Source: Octopus bimaculoides | Taxonomy: Eukaryota | NCBI RefSeq assembly: GCF_001194135.2 | Contig: NC_068997.1 | Coordinates: 14,081,481-14,145,480, forward strand | Length of the DNA: 64,000 nt | Reading direction: 5' to 3' | In this document: positions 1 through 11,990 of the stretch, piece after piece | Layout: each line of letters starts with the position of its first letter | How positions within the stretch are numbered: position 1 is the first letter of the stretch | Notes under the pieces: generated by a model | The model's database searches: none | What the model saw: the letters and a program-made list of their open reading frames with translations, nothing else | Told to the model about the DNA's origin: nothing | Program-made: the position numbers and the translations under genes

Positions 1-84
1 TTATATTTTCATGATTAAATATTGTGTCTATTGTAGAAATATAACCAGTTGATTGCACATAAATTTTAGCAACAAAACTTTACA

Positions 85-126
85 TAGACCTCCAAGGGCC
101 ATACAGATCCCAATTGAGAACCACTA
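85..126. mobile_element. Right end of a decayed hAT (Charlie-like) MITE
   Basis: Ends in ...cccaattgagaaccact, resembling the CAGTGGTTCTCAA-type hAT terminal inverted repeat; the partner end was not located in the window. Confidence 0.45.
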
Positions 127-273
127 ATTTAAAGCTTATAGAATTTGTCAAGGGTTTTCAAGGGTTATGCAGAGCGTTATCTATCCCTGATATAACATTC
201 AAATAAGTAGGCATGCATGATTAAGAGATTTAAAAAAGAAAAAAAATTACAAACAATTTTTGTCCTAATGTAG

Positions 274-850
274 AAAGTTAGTGTGCTTGACAATATTTCC
301 AACAGAGCATTGCTCCTTTGAGTCGATGATCCAAAGCACTCATTGAACTCATTGAACCCAGATAAGCTTTCTGAAACTGTGAGAGTAGAATATATTCTCA
401 AGAATATATCATTGCACCAACTAATAGATCAAGTTGTGTTAACTAACTTTAAGTCATACTCACTGAGAACTTTCAAACAACTTGTATAAGGAATTAACAA
501 GAAGAATAAACTTCCATTTAGAGAATTTTGGAAGAAGGTCAATATAATGGATGCTGTGGATAAGATAGCTGAGGCATGGGATGAAGTGAAACCCTAAACT
601 TTGAATAGTACTAGGAGAAATATATGGTTAAACAGTCTCCGTGACTTCACAACTTTTCTGCAAGCAGAAAATCTACGTTGAATTTTGAAAAATATTTGCA
701 AATGATGTAGGGTTGGAAGAAGACATAAAGGTTAATTTGATCGTGTTGCTAGTGTACCACAGAGAAATTTTATCGAATAAGGAGCTGATGCAGTTAGAAC
801 AAAAGAAAGCTGGAAAGTACAGATAAAAAGATTAAGATTCCATCAGCTGC
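274..850 (+). pseudogene. Tigger/pogo-family DDE transposase fossil (C-terminal part)
   Basis: Manual translation gives KVSVLDN (274) and, from 379, VRVEYILKNISLHQLIDQVVLTNFKSYSLRTFKQLV*...FREFWKKVNIMDAVDKIAEAWDEVKP*TLN...IW, later LSNKELMQLEQ. This matches the pogo/Tigger pattern LDNAPGH...FLPPNTTSLIQPMDQGVI..FK...FWK..NI.DA...I.EAW..V. It contains in-frame stops. Confidence 0.8.
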
Positions 851-1387
851 ATTTAAATTGACTGCTGAAACACTGCTACAGGGTAGGTATATACAAAGAA
901 CGGCTGTAAGATATTGCTGTAATAGCCTTAATAATAATTATATTATAAACATTACAAGAGAAGTTTGCAATGAAATTAAGTTCCTTTACAGAATTGTACA
1001 AAAACATGATGTGTCACAAATTTTTAAAAGTCTTTTGATAAGTTCTTTAACCCACCTCAAGCAAATTTCGGAAATGATGCAATATAAGATAGAAAATAGT
1101 TTTCCCTCATTTTTTTTCAGTAGCTCTTATTCCACCACATCCTTCACACAGTACTCAACAACTTTTGTGGAAAGAATGTACCCTATTACAATATCAAGGT
1201 TCTTATTTATCCCCTAACGTATTTCTCTTCAAATGTTTTTATACATACACACCGTACTGTGTGTGTTTAAATATTGTTATTTCCATGCATAAAAGTAGTC
1301 TTGTTGCTTGCTTTGTTGGTTTCTCTTGTTCTTTTTCTAAAAATTCATTGGAATATGTGTCATTATAATGCTAAAAAATTTTACGTT

Positions 1388-1599
1388 TTCGAGCGTGGCC
1401 GTTTTCGTGCGGGTGACACGTAAAAGCACCCACTACACTCTCTGAGTGGTTGGCGTTAGGAAGGGCATCCAGCTGTAGAAACTCTGCCAAATTAGATTGG
1501 AGCCTGGTGTTGCCATCCGGTTTCACCAGTCCTCAGTCAAATCGTCCAACCCATGCTAGCATGGAAGGCGGACGTTAAACGATGATGATGATGATGATG

Positions 1600-1601
<2 letters not shown>
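1388..1601 (+). mobile_element. Family A: 5'-truncated RTE-type LINE 3' end with (GAT)n tail, young copy
   Basis: gtggttggcgttaggaagggcatccagctgtagaaac...ccaacccatgctagcatggaaggcggacgttaaac(gat)n; near-identical to the copies at 54887-55063 (-) and 60830-61123 (+). Confidence 0.8.
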
Positions 1602-1641
<40 letters not shown>

Positions 1642-1911
1642 NNNNNNNNNNNNNNNNNNNNNNNNNNNNNNNNNNNNNNNNNNNNNNNNNNNNNNNNNNN
1701 NNNNNNNNNNNNNNNNNNNNNNNNNNNNNNNNNNNNNNNNNNNNNNNNNNNNNNNNNNNNNNNNNNNNNNNNNNNNNNNNNNNNNNNNNNNNNNNNNNNN
1801 NNNNNNNNNNNNNNNNNNNNNNNNNNNNNNNNNNNNNNNNNNNNNNNNNNNNNNNNNNNNNNNNNNNNATATATATATATTATACACACACACACACACA
1901 CACACACACAA

Positions 1912-2072
1912 TGGGATTCCTACAATTTCTGTTTACTAAATCCAATCACAAGATTCTGCTCACCCTAAGGATATAGCAGAATTTATTTGCCCAAGGTGTT
2001 GAGCAATGAGACTGAACCTCAAATTCTGTGGTTGAAAATTGAACTTCTTAACCACACATCTCTGTCTGCACC
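1912..2072 (-). mobile_element. Family B tRNA-derived SINE, decayed 5' half
   Basis: Reverse complement aligns with the head and ttgggcaagtgtcttc region of the full copy at 19318-19712. Confidence 0.65.
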
Positions 2073-2109
2073 AATACAGCTATATTTTTACATGTGTGTG
2101 TGTATGATG

Positions 2110-2116
2110 TATGTAC

Positions 2117-2153
<37 letters not shown>

Positions 2154-2260
2154 CCTGTCTGTCTGTCTATCTATCTATCTATCAGCCTGTCTATCTATTT
2201 ATCTATCTGTCTGTGTATGTATGTATGTATTTATCTACCTGTCTGTCTCTCTACCTATGT
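2110..2260. repeat. (TCTA)n/(TGTC)n compound microsatellite
   Basis: Direct reading of tandem tetranucleotides. Confidence 0.9.
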
Positions 2261-3275
2261 GTGTGTGTATATACATATATATATTTAAACATAGCTGTAT
2301 ACATTTATATGGTAATATATATATATTTATTTTATACATATATGCAGACACATGCACTCATAATGCACTGATATATAGAGTGAACCAACACATGCAATCT
2401 TCCAGTCCACACCCTTCGCCCCACCTCATCCATGCTCCCAACATACCTCAATGAATTTATCCTGGAGTTAAAGCTAAATAGTATGGAAATAATTTGATCA
2501 TTTCTCCCTCCACTCTTATGTTATCAACCATTTCCTTCCACCTAACCAAACTTCACTGATAAAATGTAAGAATGGATTGAGTACTCTAGAAAATTACTTA
2601 GTTTGGAAACTGCATCGGTAAAAAAAAAAAAACAGAAACATGAAAAATCAACAAAAAAAAAATCAGATGAAAGAATATGAAATTAAAAATATAAATAAAA
2701 CAAACAAATCATAAAAATCACGTAAATGCCCACCCCCCACCCCACCAAAAAAAAAAAGTAAATGATAGGAAAGAAAAAGAAATAGTAAAGAATATAAAAT
2801 TTATGAAATTGATGAAAAATTTGCTGCGAAACCATTTTTGTCCAGTTAGTTCAGCATCAATCTTTCACTACAATGAAAGGTGTTGTTTCATTCCTTGTGA
2901 TNNNNNNNNNNNNNNNNNNNNNNNNNNNNNNNNNNNNNNNNNNNNNNNNNNNNNNNNNNNNNNNNNNNNNNNNNNNNNNNNNNNNNNNNNNNNNNNNNNN
3001 NNNNNNNNNNNNNNNNNNNNNNNNNNNNNNNNNNNNNNNNNNNNNNNNNNNNNNNNNNNNNNNNNNNNNNNNNNNNNNNNNNNNNNNNNNNNNNNNNNNN
3101 NNNNNNNNNNNNNNNNNNNNNNNNNNNNNNNNNNNNNNNNNNNNNNNNNNNNNNNNNNNNNNNNNNNNNNNNNNNNNNNNNNNNNNNNNNNNNNNNNNNN
3201 NNNNNNNNNNNNNNNNNNNNNNNNNNNNNNNNNNNNNNNNNNNNNNNNNNNNNNNNNNNNNNNNNNNNNNNNNNN

Positions 3276-3306
<31 letters not shown>

Positions 3307-3329
3307 TAAATATATAAATGCGTGTGTAA

Positions 3330-3360
<31 letters not shown>

Positions 3361-4390
3361 CGTACACACATATATGTATATATATGTATATATATGTACA
3401 TATATATGCATATACATACACACATATATGTGTATATATGTACATATATATGCATATACATACACACATATATGTGTACATATATATGCATCTATATATA
3501 TTTATGTACACACATACCACCAGTCTCGTTGATTTTGTTAGTTTTTAATGTAATTTATTCTACTTTAGCTTTTGGTTTACTCTGAGAAGGTTTTTTTTTT
3601 TCCTCATTCTTTTAATGCAGGGCTAAATGATAAATATAAAAGATGATTATATATGAATGTATACATATTTATTTGTGTGTATATAAAATGTAGTAAATGT
3701 GCAGGCAACATGAGAAAATATACTATGAGGAAAAAGTGAGAGAAAGAGATGGTAGTAGGGGTCGATAAAGAAAATTAAAACCAGCTCCAAATAAAGAAAT
3801 GTATGACCAACTTAGGAAATATGTTGATGTGAATGTTTTGTTATTTTTTGAAAGACTATTTCTTCAGCACTAAACACACCACTTCTAATATAACACATTG
3901 CTATTAAGCACATAAATGTAGACATATATTTACAACGGTATACAAATAGATACTTTGAATATACAAATGTTACACTTAACAATCACCGGCACATATACAA
4001 ATACACGCATAACATCATACACAAATCTAAGCATATACATATGCAAATACTTCTAACATAGAGACATTATACTTAGCATCATTCCACACTCATTTATGCC
4101 CAATAGAGGCAGAAATACACTCACATGCACGCATATACAAATATAAACATACACAGAAGAGAAAAACTGCAATACATGCATTCGTGTGTATATTCATATG
4201 TATATATACATATATAAATTACAAATTTTGAAAAAAATGTATTGATTTTAGTTTATCCATTTCAAAACACTCAACTTTTCCCATTGCTAACCAAAGAAAA
4301 AAAGGATAATTATGTGTGTGTGTGTGTATTATATTATATATGTATGCATGTATATGTATTATGCACTTTTGTGCATAGATCTGTTTTGCA

Positions 4391-4437
<47 letters not shown>

Positions 4438-4764
4438 GTACGTACAGACACAGACACACCTACATGTATGTGTATGTGTATATAATCAATATATTTATTA
4501 TGTTTAGGTCACTTAGTACAACAGCATATATCTCAAAGTGCAGAGTATCTTTTACATATTGTTTCAAATTTGCAAATAACCTACAAGATTACACGAAAAA
4601 ATGGTTTGATATCATTTTTGTTTTGTTTCTACCACTGTTTTGCTATCAATATTGATGGAGTATAATATAGTGAATAAAAATGTTTAATTCTTTTTATTTG
4701 TTTCTCTCTATTTTTTTTTGAGCAGTATTTATTTATTTTTCTATATATTTATTTCAGATTTTCT

Positions 4765-5210
4765 GGATGGCTGAAACAGGTGTCTGACTATAACAGAAGG
4801 GGGCATAGGAGGAGGTGATCTGATATCAAATGAAAGGTTAGAGTGTGACACAAGTACCCTCCTCAAATACTCCTGCCCCTTTCATAATTCCTTGTCTTGT
4901 GAGTTACTTGGCGACCGTGCCGGCGCTGGTGCCTAGTAAAAAGCATCCAGTCCACACTGTAGAGTGGTTGGTATTTGGAAGAGCACCTAGCTGTAAAAAA
5001 TCATGCTGAAACTAATCTCGCCTGTGCTAGTGCCACGTAAGAAGCACTGAGTTATCTCTGCTGAATGGTTGGCATTAGGAAGGGCATCCAGCCATAAAAC
5101 ACCTGCCAAAACAGATACAGTAGTCCAGGGTAGTTTTGTTCTAGGTTGGCTCCTGTCAACTGTCCTACCCATGCATGTATAGAAGATGGACATCAAACAA
5201 TGATGATGAT
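4765..5210 (+). mobile_element. Family A-related LINE 3' end, longer decayed copy
   Basis: Contains gtggttggtatttggaagagca, ggttggcattaggaagggcatccagccataaaac and acccatgc...ggacatcaaacaa(tga)n tail. Confidence 0.7.
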
Positions 5211-5571
5211 TTTCTGGATGAATGGATGGTTTCTCTAATGCTAATACGTAAATTTTGAAGACGTATAACAATTGGCAGGGCTTGTTTAAGACCCACAGAG
5301 GCCCCAAGCACTTAAGAGATTTAAGTAACTCTATAGATATGTAATTCAAAATATAAACAATAATAAACCATAAAAAATTTCTAATGAAAGTAACAGTAAG
5401 ATGAAGAATAATGTTTAGTTTTGTACACTTCCACTTCATTTCTATTTGAAAAGCTTTCCCTGACTTTTTTAATTGCAAAGTCTTTGGTCAGATTCTTACT
5501 ATGATACCATGGACACTTCGAAATTATATTTCCAATCATATAAACCATTTTGAATATTATTTTAGCAAGTC

Positions 5572-5680
5572 TAACCCTTTAGCATTTAATCTGACAAAAT
5601 CCATCCAAAATATTCTGCTTATTTTATGTTCAAACCAGCCAGATCAGATCTCTCACAACTACCCAACAATGTCAATCTAG
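5572..5680 (+). mobile_element. 5' part of a piggyBac-like MITE
   Basis: Begins taacccttt-agcatt, the same (T)TAA-CCCTTT terminus type as the element at 9805; truncated by an RTE fragment. Confidence 0.45.
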
Positions 5681-5812
5681 GAGCACTGGGCCTCATGGAG
5701 GAAAAGTGGCTGAGCTCCTTTTCAGTGTTGGGCCTTATGGAGGCAACGATCAAGACTTCTGGCATTATGTCATGCTTGAGAAGAAAACCCATCAAGCTGA
5801 GCAAGTGGGGCT
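5681..5812 (+). mobile_element. RTE ORF C-terminus fragment with a short internal duplication
   Basis: gggcct(c/t)atggagg occurs twice. With a frameshift it translates GL.EA...DFWHYVMLEKKTHQA, like the RTE C-terminal motif (GL.EAM..DR..W) also seen at 11430-11655. Confidence 0.55.
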
Positions 5813-5933
5813 GCAAGACAGATAAAGTGGGTAACATGAAGGAGAAAATTTTATATATATATATATATATATATATGCGAGTAAAAATAAATACAAAAAA
5901 AGGGTGTTTTTTTGTATGATTGTGTATAGAGGA

Positions 5934-6190
5934 ATATATTATTTTGTTTAAAAGAGTTCCAACACTGTTTTTTATGTTTTATTTATATTCCTACAAAACC
6001 AATGTGGGATATAGAATATGGAATATACAATATATAATATAATATACAATATATAATATAAAATAAAAATGGATGGTACTATGAAATAAAGTATTGAATG
6101 TCTTATTGAATATATGGAATATGTCTTATTGAATAGATGAAATATTGAGTGTTCAATATAAAGGATTAAATATATAAATATATATATTTC
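5934..6190 (+). repeat. AT-rich dispersed repeat, inverted near-identical partner at 59438-59695
   Basis: Base-by-base reverse-complement match over ~255 bp with a few substitutions and a 4-bp indel. Confidence 0.9.
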
Positions 6191-6350
6191 AAAGAGAGTT
6201 AGAGGTTTTAAATCCAACCAACTAAGAGATAATACCTATCCAATATACTGCTGGTAGAATACCCAATTTATTAATGCACAAGTGTTGGTTATTGTGTGGC
6301 AATTACACTACTGAGCGTAATAAATGGGCGAGAGTAAAAAGTGGTTTTAC

Positions 6351-6380
<30 letters not shown>

Positions 6381-6381
<1 letters not shown>

Positions 6382-6813
6382 AGTCAGTAAATAGTGGGGT
6401 TGTGTTAACCGCACGTGGAGAAATAATAGGAAAATGAAGAATAAGGCAGAATGCTAAATTGTAAGCATATTTTAATAAAGATTTCTAACCGGCTTTCATT
6501 GCGTAGCAAATTTTCAAGAAGGTGAGTGAAAATGTCTTTTACAAAGAAGTACAGAATGAAGAAAATAATATATAAAAAAATATATATATAAAAAAATAAT
6601 TATACCAATACATTATATTGTCTTTGAGCTTTTGAAGTTCAATGGTAGTTCATGTATATAATGGTTGGAAAAATAAGGATGCATGAGAATTGAGACTTGT
6701 GTTAGATTTAAAAGAAGAGAAAAGTGGCTAAAAGTTTGTGTTAAGCAGGAAGTGTGGTGTCAAAACAGAAAGTGTGTGTAAGGGGAGACAAATCATTTAG
6801 TTGGAGTTATGAA
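6381..6813 (-). mobile_element. Penelope-like (putative) terminal repeat fragment, left arm of foldback
   Basis: Reverse complement matches 6814-7136 and 14385-14880; carries a hammerhead-like motif. Confidence 0.6.
6483..6520 (-). ncRNA. Candidate minimal type I hammerhead ribozyme, U3-A8 core variant
   Basis: Minus strand reads UUC UUGAAAA U UUGC uac GCAA U GAAA GCCGG UUA^ GAA: 3-bp stem I, U3/A8 swapped core, 4-bp stem II, near-palindromic stem III and UUA triplet. Confidence 0.5.
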
Positions 6814-7132
6814 GATTTGTCTCCCCTTACATATACTTCCTGTTTTGACACCACACTTCCTGCTTAACACAAACGTTTAACCCTTATTTTAAACCTAACA
6901 CAACTCTCAATTTCATGCATCCTTATTTTTCCAACCATTATATACATGGACTACCATGTATATATATTATATACATGGACTACCATGTATATATATTATT
7001 TTTTTTATATATTATTTTCTTCATTTTGTACTTCTTTGTAAAAAATATTTTCACTCTCCTTCTTGGAAAGCCGGTTAGAAATCTTTATTAAAATATGCTT
7101 CCAATTTAGCATTCTGCCTTATTCTTCATTTT

Positions 7133-7136
<4 letters not shown>
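6814..7136 (+). mobile_element. Same family, right arm of foldback (ribozyme core deleted)
   Basis: Inverted copy of 6427-6794 with a 17-nt deletion in the HHR-like motif and a small internal rearrangement at ~6950-7000. Confidence 0.7.
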
Positions 7137-7179
<43 letters not shown>

Positions 7180-7184
<5 letters not shown>

Positions 7185-7341
7185 GTTTTTTTAAAGATTT
7201 TGTCTCCCAATTCTATTCGCAAGGCTTTGGTCAGCCAAGGCTAAAGAAGAAGAAATTTGCCCAGGTGCTATGCAGTAGGACTGAACCCAAGATAACATGG
7301 CTAGAAAGCAACCTCCTTAACCACGAAGCCACTCCTGTGCC
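7180..7341 (-). mobile_element. Family B SINE 5' half
   Basis: caaggctttggtcagccaaggcta...ttgcccaggtgctatgcagtaggactgaaccc...ccttaaccacgaagccactcctgtgcc. Confidence 0.75.
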
Positions 7342-9659
7342 TAAATACTTGAACATTCATCTCGACCCCTTCCAGGAGCAACTAAGAATCCTAAGACTGG
7401 TAAAACTTGTTAATTTTAATTCCTGCAACTTTTGAGACTCTGATTTATCTTCTGAGAAAACACACACACAGACACGCATGCACATACACACACACATTAG
7501 TATTCGTTCATTAATTCACTCATTGAACAGAGTCTTGACTCTTTATCCCTCCCCAACCAATCATACATGTCAATAACTGACCTAAATGACCCCTAAAAAT
7601 CTCAGCTACTGGCTGTTTAGCTTTTCCATTGCCACTACTACTACTACAACCACATGCTTTTAGCCTGAAAGGTGTGAGGAGAAGTGTGGGGAGATAATGT
7701 CTTAGTTTATTTCTTTTCAATATCATCTACTTCATTTAGATTTTCATTTGGCATCCTTCTTTCTTTAGTTCTTTCCTCTCACTTCTTCCAACCCTGTCTT
7801 TCATTCTTTTATTGAAGCGCTAGCCCAAGGCATGGATAGAGAAAAAAAAAAAAGAAAATTACCATTTTCATGTAAGTTGTTACTTTCCAAAATAAGAGCT
7901 TCTGATTAGGGTTATACAATTTCTAAACTTTTATGCTACCTCCATCTGTATGAATTTTCTTTTTTTTTACCCACCATCCATCCATCCAGCCATCCCTCCT
8001 GCTATCCACCCCATCTCTATCTGTAACACCAACCAACCAACCAACCAGCTAACCAACAACTTCCCAATTCTCAAACCAACCAATCAACTCAATCAACTCA
8101 TCCAAACAATCTCTACATCTAACCTTACATCTATTCCATCCATTAGATTTGTCTATCCAGTTAAGACTTATTCTATGGTAACATCAAATCTTCTTTTCCA
8201 AGATGTCCAAGGGGTCAATTTCTTTGCATTACAATTACACAGATGCTGTTGGCTATGAAACACAACAGCAGAGTGCAGTACAATGCAGTGAAATACAATA
8301 CTGTACAACAGAGTACGGTGCAGTGCTGCACAATCTAAAACATATCGACACATACATTCTAATTGACAATGAGGAAACTGCAACATAGTTGATTTATCTG
8401 CTAGAAATAGCAGCTAAATCTCCATCAAATTATAGCCTCCTGTCTTTAAATAAAGGATGCATAACATAAGGTAGAACAAGTACTCTTAGAAAAGATAGAT
8501 GTCTGTAGCTTTTAATTGTAGGCTTACTGACAGGGAATTAAACAGTAATTGCAAATTGCACACATATACACACATATTTACACATATTTACACACACACA
8601 CACACACAATCTGTTGCCTGTTAACTATGAAGCGACTGCTATATTTTTCCAACGTTTTCACAAACTATTTACCATGATTAAATTAAACATCATTTGAAAG
8701 TTTTCTATTGTTTCCTTTTCATGGAAAGATTTTACTGTTTTTGTTGTTATTTATTTTTCTTTTTCTGCTTTTTTCTTTCTCTGCTTTTTTTCTTTTTTTC
8801 CTTTTGATAAGTAATACAAAAACAACCCAAATCTCACCTTCTGACGTGCACGTTTCCCCATCTTGTGTTTATTTTTTCTATAACTTTGATGAATGTTTAA
8901 AAAAGCTTTGAGCAATGCAGGTGAAGAATTAATCAAAACATGTAGAGTTATGTCAATGAATAAAACAAAGATAATGCTATATATTATTGCAAAGTTATTA
9001 TCAATCTGAATATGCTTGATGCATGGTCGAACTAGGGAACAAGCTACTCACAGCATTTTATCAGAGAATATATCTCGCTCATTGACAAATGGTGTATATA
9101 CACCTAGATCAGCTTTGCAGCACCACCTACTTAAACTCATTGTCCAGTGACTGGAAAAGCATACAAGAGTCAATCTCTTAATTCAGTTCATGCCTAGTGT
9201 CTGTGACAGATGAGGAGATAACTATGCTGAAATGTTAGCATCTCACAGTCTTGCTATGTGATGCTGCAAGATGATCTAGGTATATACACACAATTTATCA
9301 ACAAGTGCGGTACATTCTCGATGACAAAATTCGGTGAACAGCCTGGTCCCCAGTTCAAACTTGTATCAAGCATAATAGGATGGATGATAACACTGCAACT
9401 TTATTTATCACTGCTTAGCGTTCCCCTCCGTGATATTATATTATATGTTGTTTCATATTCTTGTAATATTTTAAGAAAGCCCACTTTTCAAATTCAAGAA
9501 AAAATATAAGCAAAATGTCTGGAAATACATGTCTGGAAATCAACAACCAAATTACTATACTCTTCAATTTATATTTTAATACTTTCAGCTTTCAATGAAT
9601 TTTTTACATACCAGAGAAATTAAACCTGCTATGGTCATTTAAAACTAAATAAGTTCTTT

Positions 9660-10030
9660 CAGTACCAACCTGGCTGAAACGAGCTCTGGCTCTGTAGTAC
9701 AAATGTCTTGCTTTCATAAGTTTCCATAAAGCCTTAGTCACAATTTATGTTCCTAACATTAGCTTAATGGTAACTAAGTTATTTTACTAAATTCTTTGTT
9801 ATATTTAACCCTTTCGATACCAACCCGGCTGATATTACCTCTAGCTGTGTAGTACAAATGTCTTATTTTCATGAGTTTCGAATTAAAATCTCCCACCAAA
9901 CCTTAATCACAATTTATGTTCCTAACACCAGCTTAATGATAACTAGGTTATTTTACTAAATTCTTTGTTACATTTAAAATTAATTGAAAGAAACAGAGCA
10001 TTTCAACAGAAATATGGTAACAAATGCGTG
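9660..10030 (+). mobile_element. piggyBac-like MITE (9805-10030) preceded by a partial tandem copy (9660-9804)
   Basis: Left end ttaaccctttcgatacc (TTAA + CCC), decayed right end atatggtaacaaatgcgtgaa. The internal block tcacaatttatgttcctaaca...ttattttactaaattctttgtta is present twice. Confidence 0.6.
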
Positions 10031-10513
10031 AAATGTATTTTAACCATAACTATTCTAACATTTCTTCAACAGTAAGTAACCAATAGGTACCATTTATGTT
10101 AACACAAACTAGATGTCATCCAGTTTTCTGCAAAGTTAATTGTGATGATAATAATTTATAAGACTTGGAGTTTTGTTGCCAGGAGTGGCTTAAACAAAGA
10201 CTTCGTTTTCTCCTAGTCAATGACTTCGATGCCATATAAATTGTTACTGACCAGTCTTGATTTATAACTTTAGTGCAAACACAGTCAAATCAAAATCTGG
10301 AGCCTTTTCTATGTCAAACAAACAAGGGGGAAAATATTTCTTATTACCAGAAGACACATCATTGTCAAACTGAATCTATATCATGTGTTTTTCTTTTATC
10401 TTATACACACACACACATTCACACACACAAATGCACAGTCTAATGATAACGAAAACATTTTCACATTGATTTTGACATGATATTTTAACAACAACCTTTT
10501 GAACTCTTTCTAC

Positions 10514-10573
<60 letters not shown>

Positions 10574-10675
10574 ATGTATGTATCATGGTGTACACACACA
10601 TACATACGTGTATATATATGTATATGTCTGTGTGTGTGTGTGTGTGGTGTGTGTGTGTATATATACATGTGTGTG

Positions 10676-10713
<38 letters not shown>

Positions 10714-11320
10714 TATGTATTTGTCAAACAGATTTTTAACAGGTCATTTCCAATACACTTCTTTGAATGAACAACTTTTATCTGTCACAACATTTCTTAT
10801 TTGTCACTTTGAATTTTATCTGCTTCAACATTTTACTTGTCACCTTCACTTTCCATTTTAATTTTTTACGTCCTACATTTAACCGTTTCCTGCATTACAT
10901 TATTTTACAAATTTGTTCCTGCTTTCGGTGGTCTTCCTCAAAGTTTAGTAAAAAATTTTAACTTGAGCTGTGTTTTCCAGTGTACCCTTCCTACTTTAAG
11001 ATGATTGGGTGTGAAAGGGGGGGGGGAGAACATGCAATCACACACACACACCTATAAAAATATACATGCACACATACCTCTCACTCTACCATTGGACCCT
11101 CATGCGTTTACCTGCATCCAATGTGTCGCTGTCAAATCTCATCCCCCACAAAATATCCTCCTAACACCTCCTCCCACTACTTGCAACCATTCACTACAGA
11201 GTCTCCCCCCCCCACCATATCCCACTCATTTTTCAAAGTCTGGCAAACTTACCCACTCACTCACCCTTTCTAATCCTTGGTCCCGCTTCCCTTATATATA
11301 CACCTCTGTACCTTGAGTAT

Positions 11321-11400
11321 GAAGGTGTGTAGCTTAGTGGGTAAAGCATCATGTTCTTAATCATGAAGCAGTGAGTTTGATTCCTGGACCAGGTAAGATA
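11321..11400 (+). mobile_element. Family E tRNA-derived SINE head
   Basis: A-box-like tagcttagtgg and B-box-like gagtttgattcc at tRNA spacing; no acceptor stem. Confidence 0.55.
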
Positions 11401-11429
11401 TTGTTGCCCCATGCCAGCCCTAACTGAGT

Positions 11430-11655
11430 AGACAATCATGCAATGCTGTCATTGAATTTGAATTCAATTTTGATTTCACTTGCCTCAACATTTTTTCGCA
11501 AGCAGAGTTTAGTGTCCAATGAAGGAAAGGTACGCATAAGTGGGCTGGCTACACCACTGGCACAGGCCAGGTTATGTATGGTCTTACTTGGCCTGCCAGG
11601 TCTTCTCATGCACAGCATATTTCCAAAGTCTCGGTCACTAGTCATTGCCTTGGTG
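11430..11655 (-). mobile_element. RTE LINE 3' end (ORF C-terminus plus 3' UTR)
   Basis: Minus strand translates TKAMTSDRD, then with a frameshift WKYAVHEKTWQAK*, the typical RTE terminal M..DR..W motif. Confidence 0.65.
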
Positions 11656-11701
11656 ATATATGTATATATATTATATATATATACATTTATATATATATCT
11701 T

Positions 11702-11754
<53 letters not shown>

Positions 11755-11759
11755 ATTGA

Positions 11760-11990
11760 CTTGAGATAATGAGATGATAGCAAGTATCATACAAGTGATA
11801 TCGCTCACTGAAAATCTTTGTGGAAAATGTCTAGCCGCGGGAAAATATTACTGCGTTTGGAAGTAGGTAAGAGTTGATTGCATCAAGTAGGAGAAAATCT
11901 GCCTGAATGAAACCTAACTGACCCATGTAAACATGGAAATTGTGGACATTAAAAAAGATCGATAATGATGACAACGATGAAATAAGTACC
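11760..11990 (+). mobile_element. Family A variant 3' end
   Basis: gaaaatattactgcgtttggaagtaggtaagagttg...agaaaatctgcc...gacccatgtaaacatggaaattgtggacattaaaa plus gat-rich tail; related to 36770-36950. Confidence 0.6.

Noticed and set aside
9020-9420. Possible decayed mariner transposase on the minus strand
   Set aside because: Only vague resemblance to WVPR/TGDE motifs with many stops; cannot be supported without a profile search.
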